Source: an uncultured Ellagibacter sp. (GTDB lineage: Bacteria > Actinomycetota > Coriobacteriia > Coriobacteriales > Eggerthellaceae). From it: DNA of 24,000 nt. Shown here in pieces: positions 11,812-20,929 of the stretch (positions within the stretch are counted from its first letter, which is position 1; each line of letters starts with the position of its first letter). The position numbers were made by a program, and so were the translations under genes. The stretch is from assembly GCA_934661105.1 (NCBI GenBank), contig CAKUIV010000008.1, forward strand, positions 4,504 through 28,503. Direction: 5' to 3'. The notes below the pieces were generated by a model. The model was given only the letters and a program-made list of their open reading frames with translations, ran no database searches and was not told the origin of the DNA.

Positions 11812-13221
11812 TTATGTCTCGCTCTCTTCGAGCATGGCCTGAACTTTCTTGATATCGGACATGCTCATGCCGCCCGGCATGCCGGGGAAACGACGACGAC
11901 GCTTGCCCTTCTTGCCTTTACCCGAAAGCTCCGCTTCCGTTGGCATCATCTTACGCATCATCTTTTTGGTCTCGTTGAACTTCTTGATGAGTTGGTTCAC
12001 TTCGGTGACCGAAACCCCGGCGCCGGCCGCGATGCGCGCGCGACGGCTGCCGTTCAAGACCTCCGGCTTCGAGCGCTCTTCCTTCGTCATCGAGTTGATG
12101 ATGACCTCCATGCGGTCGAGCGCGCCCTCGTCGACTTGGCCCGATCCGAGCGCCTTGTCGCCGCCGGGAAGGGCGGACACGAGCTTGGCGATACCGCCCA
12201 TCTTGCGAATCTGGCGGTTCATGTCTATGAAGTCGTTGAGCGTGATCTGCGACTTGGCGATGCGTTTTGCCGTTTCAGCCTCTTCGGCTTCCTGTTGGAC
12301 CTTCACGGCGCTCTCGATAAGGCTGACCATGTCGCCCATGCCGAGGATGCGCTTCGCGATGCGATCGGGATGGAATTCCTCGAGCGAGTCGGGTTTCTCG
12401 CCGGCGCTCACGAACTTGATGGGCTTGCCGGTGACCTGCTTGATGGAAAGCGCGCCGCCGCCGCGGGCGTCGCCGTCCATCTTGGACATGATGACGCCGT
12501 CGAAATCGACGCGTTCCGCGAAAGCGGAGGCTACATTCACGACGTCTTGGCCCGTCATCGCGTCGACGACCATGAGAATCTGATCGGGCTTGACCGCACG
12601 CTTGATGGCTTCGGCTTCCTCCATCATGTCCTCGTCGACGTGGAGACGACCCGCGGTATCGACGATGACGACGTCGCGCAGGTGGTCGATGGCGTCCTGC
12701 ACGCCTTCCTTGGCGATGGCGACCGGGTCTTTGCCCTCGCCGCGATAGACGCGCACGCCCATCTCGTCGCCGAGCGTTTGGAGCTGGTCGGCTGCGGCGG
12801 GACGGTACACGTCGCATGCGACGAGCAACGGAGAGTGGTTTTCCTGTTTTAGGCGATATGCGAGCTTGGCCGCGGCGGTCGTCTTGCCCGAGCCTTGAAG
12901 GCCGACGAGCATGATGACGTTGGGGATGCGACTCGACAGAACGAGTTTCGAATCGGTGCGCCCGAGCAGCTCGGTCAACTCGTCGAGCACGATCTTCACG
13001 ACGTTTTGCGCCGGCGTGAGCGAGTCGAGGACCTCGGCGGTGAGGCAGCGCTCCTTGGTGCGAGCGCAGAATTGCTTCACAACCTTGAAGTTGACGTCCG
13101 CTTCCAAAAGCGCGAGGCGGATCTCGCGCATGGCGGAATTGATGTCGTCTTCGGTAAGGCGGCCTTTGCCGCGCAAGCCGGAGAAGATGTTCTGCAAGCG
13201 CTCGGACAAGCTTTCGAGCAT
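11812..13221 (-). CDS. ffh: Signal recognition particle protein Ffh (SRP54)
   Basis: 469 aa with GLQGSGKTTAAAKLAY, DTAGRLHVDEDMM, TKMDG-like SKMDGDARGG and a Met-rich M domain (PGGMSMSDIKKVQAMLEE). Confidence 0.98.
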   Translation of the reverse strand: MLESLSERLQNIFSGLRGKGRLTEDDINSAMREIRLALLEADVNFKVVKQFCARTKERCLTAEVLDSLTPAQNVVKIVLDELTELLGRTDSKLVLSSRIPNVIMLVGLQGSGKTTAAAKLAYRLKQENHSPLLVACDVYRPAAADQLQTLGDEMGVRVYRGEGKDPVAIAKEGVQDAIDHLRDVVIVDTAGRLHVDEDMMEEAEAIKRAVKPDQILMVVDAMTGQDVVNVASAFAERVDFDGVIMSKMDGDARGGGALSIKQVTGKPIKFVSAGEKPDSLEEFHPDRIAKRILGMGDMVSLIESAVKVQQEAEEAETAKRIAKSQITLNDFIDMNRQIRKMGGIAKLVSALPGGDKALGSGQVDEGALDRMEVIINSMTKEERSKPEVLNGSRRARIAAGAGVSVTEVNQLIKKFNETKKMMRKMMPTEAELSGKGKKGKRRRRFPGMPGGMSMSDIKKVQAMLEESET

Positions 13222-13270
13222 GGAAACCTCCGAATGATGACTCGAGGAATGAAACGTTCGTAACCCGATG

Positions 13271-13276
13271 ATTATA
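13271..13276 (-). promoter_or_regulatory. Candidate -10 element upstream of ffh
   Basis: Perfect TATAAT on the minus strand ~50 nt upstream of the ffh ATG. No good -35 at 17 nt spacing. Confidence 0.4.
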
Positions 13277-13384
13277 CGCCACGCCGAACGCTTGGTGGAA
13301 AAGTCGATTCAACGGAGAGCGGGATTGCACCAAAAACCTGGATACGGGGAGGATGGGGCATGCCCCGCGCATCGCCGCAGAAAA

Positions 13385-13413
13385 GGAAAAGGAGCCTAAA
13401 GGCTCCTTTTCCT
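13385..13413. terminator. Bidirectional intrinsic terminator between the zinc-ribbon gene and ffh
   Basis: AAAAGGAGCC-TAAA-GGCTCCTTTT: 10-bp perfect stem with a T-tract on either strand. Confidence 0.85.
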
Positions 13414-13440
13414 AATATGGTGTCACGCACATGGAAACGA

Positions 13441-14040
13441 CTATTTCGTTTCATTTTCCTGGTTACGCTGCTGAGAGCGCGGAGCGCGAGAACGGACCTG
13501 CTGCTGCGATCGCTGGGGGCGCTGTTCGCGCGCTTGTTCGCGAGGCTGATGCTGCTGGGAAGTTTGCGCTGCCTGCTGCGGGCGCGGACGGCGGCGTTGG
13601 GCATTGTGCCCCTGGCCTACCGGCGTCGCGCAATACGGGCACACCGTCCAGGAGGGATCGAGCGCGCGATGGCAGCTCGAGCAGAGGTTCTTCAGGCGCG
13701 AATGGCAGTTCGGGCACACGACGTAGTCCGCTTCCACGGGATAGCCGCACGTTGCGCATTCGCCGTACTTCATAAGCTCGCGCTGCTTGAGCGCGACCTC
13801 AAGCTCTTGCTCGTCGCGGTCGATCTGCAGCAGCGGCGGACGGAGCAGGCAGTACGCGATGACGCCGAGAAGCGGCACCAAGGCGACGATGCCCCACACG
13901 TACCAGTGCGTTCCGCGCATATAGGCATCGCGCACGACCCATACGATCGACAAGATGTAGAGCACCACGAGCAGCACGATGAAGATCGAGAACGCCGTCA
14001 TCAGTTCCGGCGTGATCAGCTGCGACATCAATTCGGACAT
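13441..14040 (-). CDS. Membrane protein with PLDc_N-like TM region, double zinc ribbon and basic Gln/Arg-rich tail
   Basis: Start refined to ATG at 14040 with GAGGAA upstream. Two hydrophobic segments (FSIFIVLLVVLYILSIVWVVRDAYMRG, VWGIVALVPLLGVIAYCLLRPP), four CxxC knuckles (CATCG, CPNC, CSSC, CPYC), then an R/Q/P-rich tail. Confidence 0.8.
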   Translation of the reverse strand: MSELMSQLITPELMTAFSIFIVLLVVLYILSIVWVVRDAYMRGTHWYVWGIVALVPLLGVIAYCLLRPPLLQIDRDEQELEVALKQRELMKYGECATCGYPVEADYVVCPNCHSRLKNLCSSCHRALDPSWTVCPYCATPVGQGHNAQRRRPRPQQAAQTSQQHQPREQAREQRPQRSQQQVRSRAPRSQQRNQENETK

Positions 14041-14159
14041 GAATTCCTCGTTTCCGGTTCGCGCATTTATCCCATGCGCTTCGAGCAACTAGCGAACGAT
14101 TATAGCAAAAACGCCGAGGACGGACCGTGAGGATGGCCCCGCCCCGGCGTATGCAGCCT

Positions 14160-16841
14160 TTACGCGAGCGCTGCGAGTTGCTCTTCCACTCGGGCGAGCT
14201 TGTCGCGCAGGTCGGCGAGCTTGGCGGTGTCCTTCTCGACGATCTCAGGCGCGGCCTTCGCCAAGAAACCGGGGTTGGAAAGCTTCTTCGCGAACTTCGC
14301 CTCGTCCTTCTCGAGCTGCTTCTTCTCCTTCTCGAGGCGGGCGCGCTCGGCATCGAAGTCGATGAGTCCGGCAAGAACGCAGTACACCTCGCACCCCTGC
14401 GCCACGACGCAAGCGCTCTCGGCGGGCTTTTGCGCCTCGGTCGGGAGGATGGAAAACTCGGATGCACGCGCCATCGAGGCGATCTGGCTCTTCAAGCCCT
14501 CGAGCACCGACGCGTTCTCGAACCCAGCGCGCACGATCACGGAAAGCTCCTGCTTCGGCGAGATACCGTAGCGGGCACGCGTCGAGCGAACCGCCGACAC
14601 CACGTCGACGAGCAGGCTCACCGCGCGTTCGGCGTCCTCGTCGATCCAATGGGCGAGCTCATCGGGCTCGGGCCATTTCGCAACCATGAGCGCCGGCGCG
14701 CCCTCGCCTTCGGCCTTCGGGACGTTTTCCCAGATAGCCTCGGTGACGAACGGCATCGCCGGATGAAGAAGGCGAAGCGCGGTGTCGAGCACGTACACGA
14801 GGTTGCGCTGCGTTTGGACGCGCGCGCCCCCTTCGGCCTTGAGGCTCGCCTTCGAAAACTCGATGTACCAGTCGCAGAACTCGTTCCAGAAGAAGTTGTG
14901 CAGCTCGCGCGCCATCTCGCCGAACTGGTAGGTTTCCACATATCCGGTAACGGCGGCGGAAAGCTTCGCCAGACGCGAGAAGATCCACGCGTCGGCCTGC
15001 GTCATGACCTTCGGCTCACCAGGCGTGAAGCCCTCAAGATTGCCGAGCACGAAACGGCTCGCGTTCCAGATCTTGGTGACGAACGCGCGTGCCTGCTCGG
15101 TGCGGGGGCTGCCGATGAGCGCATGGGTCTTCTTGTCGATGTCGGCGTCGAAACGCACATCTTGATTGTTCGTCACGAGCGTGAGCAGGTTGAAGCGCAT
15201 GGCGTCAGCGCCGTACTTGGCGATGAGGTCCATCGGGTCGACGCCGTTGCCCTTCGACTTGGACATACGCGTGCCGTCCTTCGCGAGGATCGTTGCGTAG
15301 ATGACGACGTCCTTAAAGGGGATTTCCTTCAGGAAGTACGTGGACGACATGATCATGCGGGCAACCCACAGCGCGATGATGTCGCGCGCCGTGACGAGCG
15401 CGGTCGTGGGATGATGACCTTCCAAGCGCTCGGGATGGTTCGGCCAGCCCTGCGTGGCGAAGGTCCACAGCTGGCTCGAGAACCACGTGTCGAGCACGTC
15501 TTCTTCCTGGTGCACGTGATGGCTGCCGCACTTCGGGCACACGTCGGTGTCTTCCATGAGCGCATCTTCCCAGCCGCAGTCCTCGCAGTGGAACACCGGG
15601 ATGCGATGGCCCCACCACAGCTGGCGCGAGATGCACCAGTCCTTGAGGTTCTCCATCCAGGTGAGGTAGGTCTGGGTCCAGCGAGAGGGATGGAACGTGA
15701 TGGCACCCGAGGTGACGGCCTCGGTCGCCGGACCCTTCAGCTTGTCGACGGCGACGAACCACTGCTCGGACAGCCACGGCTCGAGCGTGGAATCGCAACG
15801 ATAGCAGTGCATGACCGAATGGTGATGGTCTTCCACATGGTCGAGCAGGCCGTGCTCGTCGAACCATGCGACGATGGCCTCGCGGCACTCGTCACGGCTC
15901 ATGCCCGAGAACTCGCCGTAGCCTTCGACCACATGCGCGGTCTCGTCGAAGATGTTGATCTTCTCAAGGCCGTGGCGCTCGCCCATGGCGAAGTCGTTCG
16001 GGTCGTGAGCGGGCGTGACCTTCACAAAACCCGAGCCGAAGCCCGCATCGACGTAGAAGTCGGAGAAGATGGGGATCTCGCGGTCGACGATCGGAAGCCT
16101 CACCTTGGCGCCGACGAACTTGTCCTTGTCGTGGTCCTTGGGCGACACGGCGACGCCGGTGTCGCCGAGCATGGTCTCGGGGCGCGTCGTGGCAACGACG
16201 ATGTAGTCCTGCCCGTCGATAGGCTCGACAAGCGGATAGCGCAGATGCCACAGATGCCCGTCCTCTTCCTTGTATTCCGCCTCGTCATCGGCGATGGCAG
16301 TGGTGCAATGGGGGCACCAGTTCACGATGCGCTTGCCGCGGTAGATGAGGTCGTCGTGGTACCAGTCGCAGAATACCTTTCGCACGGCAGTGGCGTAGTC
16401 GGCATCCATGGTGAAATGCGGGTCGGAGAAATCGATCGAGCAACCCATGCGCTTGATCTGCTCGACGATGTGCCCGCCGTACTCATGCGTCCAGTCCCAG
16501 CACGCATCGACGAACTTCTCGCGGCCGATCTCGCGGCGGGAAATGCCCTCGGATGCGAGTTTCTTGTCGACCTTGGTCTGCGTGGCGATGCCGGCATGAT
16601 CGGTACCGAGGATCCATCGCGTGGAAACGCCGCGCATGCGATTCGTGCGAATGATGGTGTCCTGGATGGTGTCGTCGAGCGCATGGCCCATATGCAGCTT
16701 GCCGGTGACGTTCGGCGGCGGGATGGTCACCGTGCAATCGCCGACTCCGGGATTGCGGCGGTAGTAATCGCCCGAAAGCCATTTGTCGAGCATGCGCTGC
16801 TCGACCGCTTCCGCGTCATAGTTCTTCGGCATGTTTTCCAT
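14160..16841 (-). CDS. valS: Valine--tRNA ligase
   Basis: 893 aa with PPPNVTGKLHMGHALDDTIQD, GTDHAGIATQTKV, KMSKSKGNGVDP and a C-terminal coiled coil. Confidence 0.98.
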   Translation of the reverse strand: MENMPKNYDAEAVEQRMLDKWLSGDYYRRNPGVGDCTVTIPPPNVTGKLHMGHALDDTIQDTIIRTNRMRGVSTRWILGTDHAGIATQTKVDKKLASEGISRREIGREKFVDACWDWTHEYGGHIVEQIKRMGCSIDFSDPHFTMDADYATAVRKVFCDWYHDDLIYRGKRIVNWCPHCTTAIADDEAEYKEEDGHLWHLRYPLVEPIDGQDYIVVATTRPETMLGDTGVAVSPKDHDKDKFVGAKVRLPIVDREIPIFSDFYVDAGFGSGFVKVTPAHDPNDFAMGERHGLEKINIFDETAHVVEGYGEFSGMSRDECREAIVAWFDEHGLLDHVEDHHHSVMHCYRCDSTLEPWLSEQWFVAVDKLKGPATEAVTSGAITFHPSRWTQTYLTWMENLKDWCISRQLWWGHRIPVFHCEDCGWEDALMEDTDVCPKCGSHHVHQEEDVLDTWFSSQLWTFATQGWPNHPERLEGHHPTTALVTARDIIALWVARMIMSSTYFLKEIPFKDVVIYATILAKDGTRMSKSKGNGVDPMDLIAKYGADAMRFNLLTLVTNNQDVRFDADIDKKTHALIGSPRTEQARAFVTKIWNASRFVLGNLEGFTPGEPKVMTQADAWIFSRLAKLSAAVTGYVETYQFGEMARELHNFFWNEFCDWYIEFSKASLKAEGGARVQTQRNLVYVLDTALRLLHPAMPFVTEAIWENVPKAEGEGAPALMVAKWPEPDELAHWIDEDAERAVSLLVDVVSAVRSTRARYGISPKQELSVIVRAGFENASVLEGLKSQIASMARASEFSILPTEAQKPAESACVVAQGCEVYCVLAGLIDFDAERARLEKEKKQLEKDEAKFAKKLSNPGFLAKAAPEIVEKDTAKLADLRDKLARVEEQLAALA

Positions 16842-16905
16842 AGGGCTTGCTTACTCCTTCGATGAACTGATGGGCTGCCGCAATGCGCCTTCGGCATCGC
16901 GCCTT

Positions 16906-16934
16906 CGCGGGGGCGCGATACCTGCGCCCCCGCG
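16906..16934. other. Strong GC-rich hairpin between clpX and valS
   Basis: cgcgggggcgc-gatacct-gcgcccccgcg: 11-bp perfect stem with a 7-nt loop and no T-tract on the minus strand. Confidence 0.5.
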
Positions 16935-16948
16935 TTTCGATTCGCATC

Positions 16949-18349
16949 CTAGTTTTCGGCCGGCGCCTCTTCGCGCGCGACGATTTCGGGCTTCGTCTCG
17001 CCGGCGATGTCGCTCGCCCGCACGATAACGCGCGTCGGCTCCTTGTGCTCGGGCAGATCGTACATGACGTCCTGCAGCACGCGCTCGCAGATGGAGCGCA
17101 AACCGCGCGCACCCGTGCCGTGCTCCTGCGCCTCGTGCGCGATGGCGCGCAACGCCTCATCCTGGAATTCGAGCACGGAATCCTCGAAGTCGAACATCTT
17201 CGTGTACTGCTTGACGAGCGCGTTCTTCGGCTCGATGAGGATGCGCACGAGGTCGTCCTCGGAAAGCTCGTTCAAGGCCGTGATGACGGGGATGCGGCCG
17301 ACGAACTCGGGGATCATGCCGAACTTGTTGAGGTCCTCGGGCAGCACCTTCGCGAGAAGCTCCGCCTCGGCGTGCTTCTTGCTCTGCGGGATCTCCGCGG
17401 CGAACCCGAGGCCCTTCTTGCCGACGCGCTGACCGATGATGTCGGCCAACCCCACGAACGCGCCGCCCAGGATGAACAGGATGTTCGTCGTGTCGATATG
17501 GATGAGCTCCTGCTGCGGGTGCTTGCGACCGCCCTGCGGGGGCACCGACGCCTCGGTTCCCTCGACGATCTTCAGAAGCGCCTGTTGCACGCCCTCGCCC
17601 GACACGTCGCGCGTGATCGAAAGGTTTTCCGCCTTGCGGGCGATCTTGTCGATCTCGTCGATGTAGATGATGCCGATTTCCGCACGTGGGATGTCGAAGT
17701 CGGCGGCGGTGATGAGCTTCAGCAGGATGTTCTCGACGTCCTCGCCGACGTAGCCCGCCTCGGTGAGCGTGGTCGCGTCGGCGATGGCGAAGGGAACGCG
17801 CAGCGTGCGCGCGAGCGTCTGCGCGAGAAGCGTCTTGCCGGAACCCGTAGGACCCAGAAGCATGATGTTGCTCTTCGCGAGCTCGACGTCGCCCTCTTCG
17901 GCCTCGGCCTCGAGGCTGATGCGCTTGTAGTGGTTGTACACGGCGACCGAAAGCGCGCGCTTCGCGTTCTCCTGCCCCACCACGTGCTCCGACAGCTCCG
18001 CGTAGAGCTCGTGCGGCGTGGGAAGGTTGCCGAGGATGTCGGCGGGGGTGGGATCTTCCTGCTCGAAATCGGCCTGCACAATGGGAGCGGCGCTTGCCTG
18101 CCCACCGCGGGCGCCTTGCCCGCCGAAAGACGCCTGCGCGGCCTCGCCCTGCGGGCCGAAGGCTCCGGAAAGCCCCAGATCGCGCATCATGGCATCCGCG
18201 CACACCGAGATGCATTCGTCGCAGATGTAGATGCCGTTGGGGCCGGCGATCATGGCGGTCACCTCGTCGGGGGACTTGCCGCAGAAGGCGCAGTAGATCC
18301 CCTCGTCCCCGTCGTAGCCGCCGCGGGCGCCGTTGCGTTCGTTAGTCAT
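16949..18349 (-). CDS. clpX: ATP-dependent Clp protease ATP-binding subunit ClpX
   Basis: 466 aa with N-terminal zinc-binding domain ([28 protein letters not shown]), Walker [16 protein letters not shown] and Walker [11 protein letters not shown]. Confidence 0.98.
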   Translation of the reverse strand: MTNERNGARGGYDGDEGIYCAFCGKSPDEVTAMIAGPNGIYICDECISVCADAMMRDLGLSGAFGPQGEAAQASFGGQGARGGQASAAPIVQADFEQEDPTPADILGNLPTPHELYAELSEHVVGQENAKRALSVAVYNHYKRISLEAEAEEGDVELAKSNIMLLGPTGSGKTLLAQTLARTLRVPFAIADATTLTEAGYVGEDVENILLKLITAADFDIPRAEIGIIYIDEIDKIARKAENLSITRDVSGEGVQQALLKIVEGTEASVPPQGGRKHPQQELIHIDTTNILFILGGAFVGLADIIGQRVGKKGLGFAAEIPQSKKHAEAELLAKVLPEDLNKFGMIPEFVGRIPVITALNELSEDDLVRILIEPKNALVKQYTKMFDFEDSVLEFQDEALRAIAHEAQEHGTGARGLRSICERVLQDVMYDLPEHKEPTRVIVRASDIAGETKPEIVAREEAPAEN

Positions 18350-18370
18350 ATAGCTGTTTTCGCTCTCTTT

Positions 18371-19000
18371 TTACTTATCGGAAGAGGTGGCATGGCTCGT
18401 GATGACGTCGTCGACGAGACCGTATGCCTTCGCCTCTTCGGCCGTGAGCCAGTTGTCTCGCTCGCAGTCGGCATGAACCTGCTCGAGCGTCTTGCCGCAA
18501 TGCTTGGCGATGATGCCCTCCAAGCGATCGCGCGTCTTCTTGATCTCGTCGGCCATGATCTGGATGTCGGTCTGCTGAGTATGGCCGTCGCCGGTGCCGC
18601 CCATCGGCTGATGGATCATGACCTGGGCGTTCGGCAGGATGAAGCGCTTGCCCTTGGCACCGCCCGTAAGAAGCGGCACGCCCATGGAGGCGGCCATGCC
18701 GAGGCAGATGGTGGACACGTCGCATTTCACGAACTGCATCGTGTCGTAAATCGCGAGGCCGGCCGACACGCTGCCGCCCGGGGTGTTGATGTAAAGCGAG
18801 ATATCCTTTTCAGGGTCGGCGCTTTCGAGATGCAGCATCTGCGCGACGACGGAGTTGGCGACCTGGTCGTCGATGGGATCGCCCAAGAAGATGATGCGGT
18901 CGTTCAGCAGGCGGGAGTAGATGTCGTAGCTGCGCTCGCCGCGCGGAGATTGCTCGATGACATAAGGGATCAGCGCAGAAGATGCTCGTTCGATGCTCAT
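18371..19000 (-). CDS. clpP: ATP-dependent Clp protease proteolytic subunit
   Basis: Start refined to ATG at 19000 ([32 protein letters not shown]). GMAASMG catalytic Ser, MIHQP catalytic His, [18 protein letters not shown]. Confidence 0.97.
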   Translation of the reverse strand: MSIERASSALIPYVIEQSPRGERSYDIYSRLLNDRIIFLGDPIDDQVANSVVAQMLHLESADPEKDISLYINTPGGSVSAGLAIYDTMQFVKCDVSTICLGMAASMGVPLLTGGAKGKRFILPNAQVMIHQPMGGTGDGHTQQTDIQIMADEIKKTRDRLEGIIAKHCGKTLEQVHADCERDNWLTAEEAKAYGLVDDVITSHATSSDK

Positions 19001-19030
19001 GTACAGCCTCGCTTTCGCTTTCATGTGTGC

Positions 19031-19056
19031 GCGCACCGCGCTCGGTGCGCTTTTTT
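19031..19056 (+). terminator. Plus-strand-oriented intrinsic terminator within the clpP leader
   Basis: GCGCACCG-CGCT-CGGTGCGC followed by TTTTTT on the plus strand. No plus-strand gene is present here. Confidence 0.55.
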
Positions 19057-19133
19057 GCATTCTGCTTTTATGATGGAACAGCGCGGCCCTTTTCGCAAGT
19101 GTCGGCAAACATGCTGTTCACGATAAGCATAAA

Positions 19134-19163
19134 ACGGGGCCGACGTTTACGCGCCGACCCCGT
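19134..19163 (-). terminator. Rho-independent terminator downstream of tig
   Basis: Minus strand: ACGGGGTCGGCG-CGTAAA-CGTCGGCCCCGT followed by TTTAT; 12-bp stem counting G-U pairs. Confidence 0.8.
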
Positions 19164-19199
19164 CTCGTTCGGTTGGACCCTGAAAAAGGAGACGTTGCT

Positions 19200-20612
19200 T
19201 TACGCCTCGGCGTCAGCCTCGGGCTCGTCCTTCTTCTCGGCCTTCTTCTTGGTGGAAGACTTCTTGGCCTTCTTCTCTTCCTTGGCGGCTTCCTCGGCCG
19301 GGTCGTACTCGGTGACCTTGGCCTTGTCCATCACGTCGAGGGCCGCGCGGGAGCGCACGACTCCTTCGCGGACCAGGTAGAGCTGGCCGTTCTTGCGCCA
19401 GTCCTCCATGAGTGCCTTCGGGTTCTTGGCACCGGACTTCTTGAACTCCTCGAGAACGTCCTCGTCGGTCGCCTTGATGTCGAAGTGGGCAGCCCATGCA
19501 TCGAGCGCCATGTCCTGCTTAGCGGTGTCGGCGGCCTGCTGCTTCACGTCGGCCTTGAACTGATCGGAGGTGAGGCCGTTCTGCTGCAGGTAGGCGTCGA
19601 AGCTCGCGCCCTGGCGCTGGAGCTGCGCGAAGAAGTCCTGCAGGAGCTTGGCTTCGGTTTCCTCCTGGACGGCAGCGGGAACCTCTGCGTCGAAACGGCT
19701 GGCGAGCTCGTTCAGGCAGGTGTTCTCCTTGATGCGCGGGAGAACCTCGGCCTTCTGCTCCTTCACGGTTTCGGCGACGCGCTCGCGCAGGTCGGCGACG
19801 TTCTCGAAGCCGAGCGTTTCCTTGACCCACTCGTCGGTGAGCTCGGGAAGGACTTCCTTCTTCACCGCGAGGACCTCGACCTCGAAGTTCACGGTCTCAG
19901 TCTTGCCGGTGAGAGAAGCCATGAGGGTGGATTCCTTAGCGTCCTCGACGTTGATCGAGAAGGATTCGACGGCGCCCTTCTTGAGGCCGATGATCTTCTC
20001 GTCGAAGGCAGCCGGGAACAGGCCCGCGCCCACGAGGTACAGGCGGCTTTCGCTTTCGAGGGAGCTGACCGCTTCGCCGGACTCGTCGGTCGCCTTGATC
20101 TTGAGGTCGACGTAGGAGTCGGCCTTAACCTTGGTGTTGGCGTTCGCGTTCTCGAACTTGTGGTAGTAATCGCGCAGGCCTTCGATCTGCTGGTCGATTT
20201 CGGCGTCGGAAGCGCCCTCAGCGGGAAGCTTCACCTCGACGGGCTCGTAGCTGGAAAGCTCGACGATCGGCTTCACTTCGACGGTGAAGGCGAACTCGTA
20301 GGGCTTGCCGCCCTCGACGAGCGCCGGCTCGTCGAAATCGGGCTTGCCAACCGGATACAGGTCGCAGGAATCGATGGCCAGAGGATAGCTGCCGTTGACG
20401 ATGTCGTCGGTGACGGTAGCGGAAACAGCCTCGGCGCCGAGCGCGTTGTCGATGATGGGACGGGGCGCCTTGCCCTTGCGGAATCCGGGGAAATTATACT
20501 TGTTCGCGAAGTCCTTGTAGGTCTTCTTGATGCGATTGTCGACTTCTTTGGCATCGATGGTGACGGTCACCTTGACCTTGTTGTCCTGCAATGCCTCTAC
20601 TTTTGTTTCCAC
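19200..20612 (-). CDS. tig: Trigger factor
   Basis: Start refined to GTG at 20612 (VETKVEALQDNKVKVTVTIDAKEVDNRIKKTYKDFANKYNFPGFRKGKAPRPII) with GGAGG 7 nt upstream. The track ORF adds 30 likely untranslated codons. Confidence 0.95.
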   Translation of the reverse strand: METKVEALQDNKVKVTVTIDAKEVDNRIKKTYKDFANKYNFPGFRKGKAPRPIIDNALGAEAVSATVTDDIVNGSYPLAIDSCDLYPVGKPDFDEPALVEGGKPYEFAFTVEVKPIVELSSYEPVEVKLPAEGASDAEIDQQIEGLRDYYHKFENANANTKVKADSYVDLKIKATDESGEAVSSLESESRLYLVGAGLFPAAFDEKIIGLKKGAVESFSINVEDAKESTLMASLTGKTETVNFEVEVLAVKKEVLPELTDEWVKETLGFENVADLRERVAETVKEQKAEVLPRIKENTCLNELASRFDAEVPAAVQEETEAKLLQDFFAQLQRQGASFDAYLQQNGLTSDQFKADVKQQAADTAKQDMALDAWAAHFDIKATDEDVLEEFKKSGAKNPKALMEDWRKNGQLYLVREGVVRSRAALDVMDKAKVTEYDPAEEAAKEEKKAKKSSTKKKAEKKDEPEADAEA

Positions 20613-20727
20613 TAACTTTCCTCCATCGTTCGCTTGTCGCACGCGTTTCGGTGTGCAGCGCGCTTTCGGTTGCGGCCGATTTGGAGAGTAGTCTGTAAGC
20701 ACCGGCCCGAAGGCGCACCGAAAATGG

Positions 20728-20756
20728 ATTATCGCACATCTGGCGAGTTATGCCAA
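20728..20756 (-). promoter_or_regulatory. Sigma-70-type promoter for tig
   Basis: Minus strand: TTGGCA (20751-20756), 17-nt spacer, GATAAT (20728-20733). Predicts a ~110 nt 5' UTR. Confidence 0.65.
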
Positions 20757-20929
20757 CTCACCGTAGAGAAAGCACATGGGAGGTCGAGCGCGTCGGAAGC
20801 GGCGTCAAGCCGATGCAAGCCACCCTTTCTTTGACGCGACGAAACGAGAGCGCCGACAAGCCCTATACTACTAGCAGACACAATCCAAACCCATGGTACC
20901 GGCTGCGGCACCGAATCAAGGAGACGAAC

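Noticed and set aside
12275-13372. 365-aa minus-strand ORF overlapping ffh in another frame
   Set aside because: Arg/Pro-rich out-of-frame translation of a conserved gene; no recognisable domain.
14127-16865. 912-aa plus-strand ORF over valS
   Set aside because: In-register antisense shadow of valS with R/G/D/H-rich low-information sequence.
16842-16948. T-box riboswitch upstream of valS (also considered for glyQ and asnS)
   Set aside because: Intergenic gaps are only ~66-107 nt, and I could not find the conserved T-box antiterminator sequence.
16883-19126. 747-aa plus-strand ORF over clpX/clpP
   Set aside because: Same in-register antisense artefact; clpX and clpP share the phase and are unambiguous on the minus strand.
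19173-20615. 480-aa plus-strand ORF over tig
   Set aside because: In-register antisense shadow of trigger factor.
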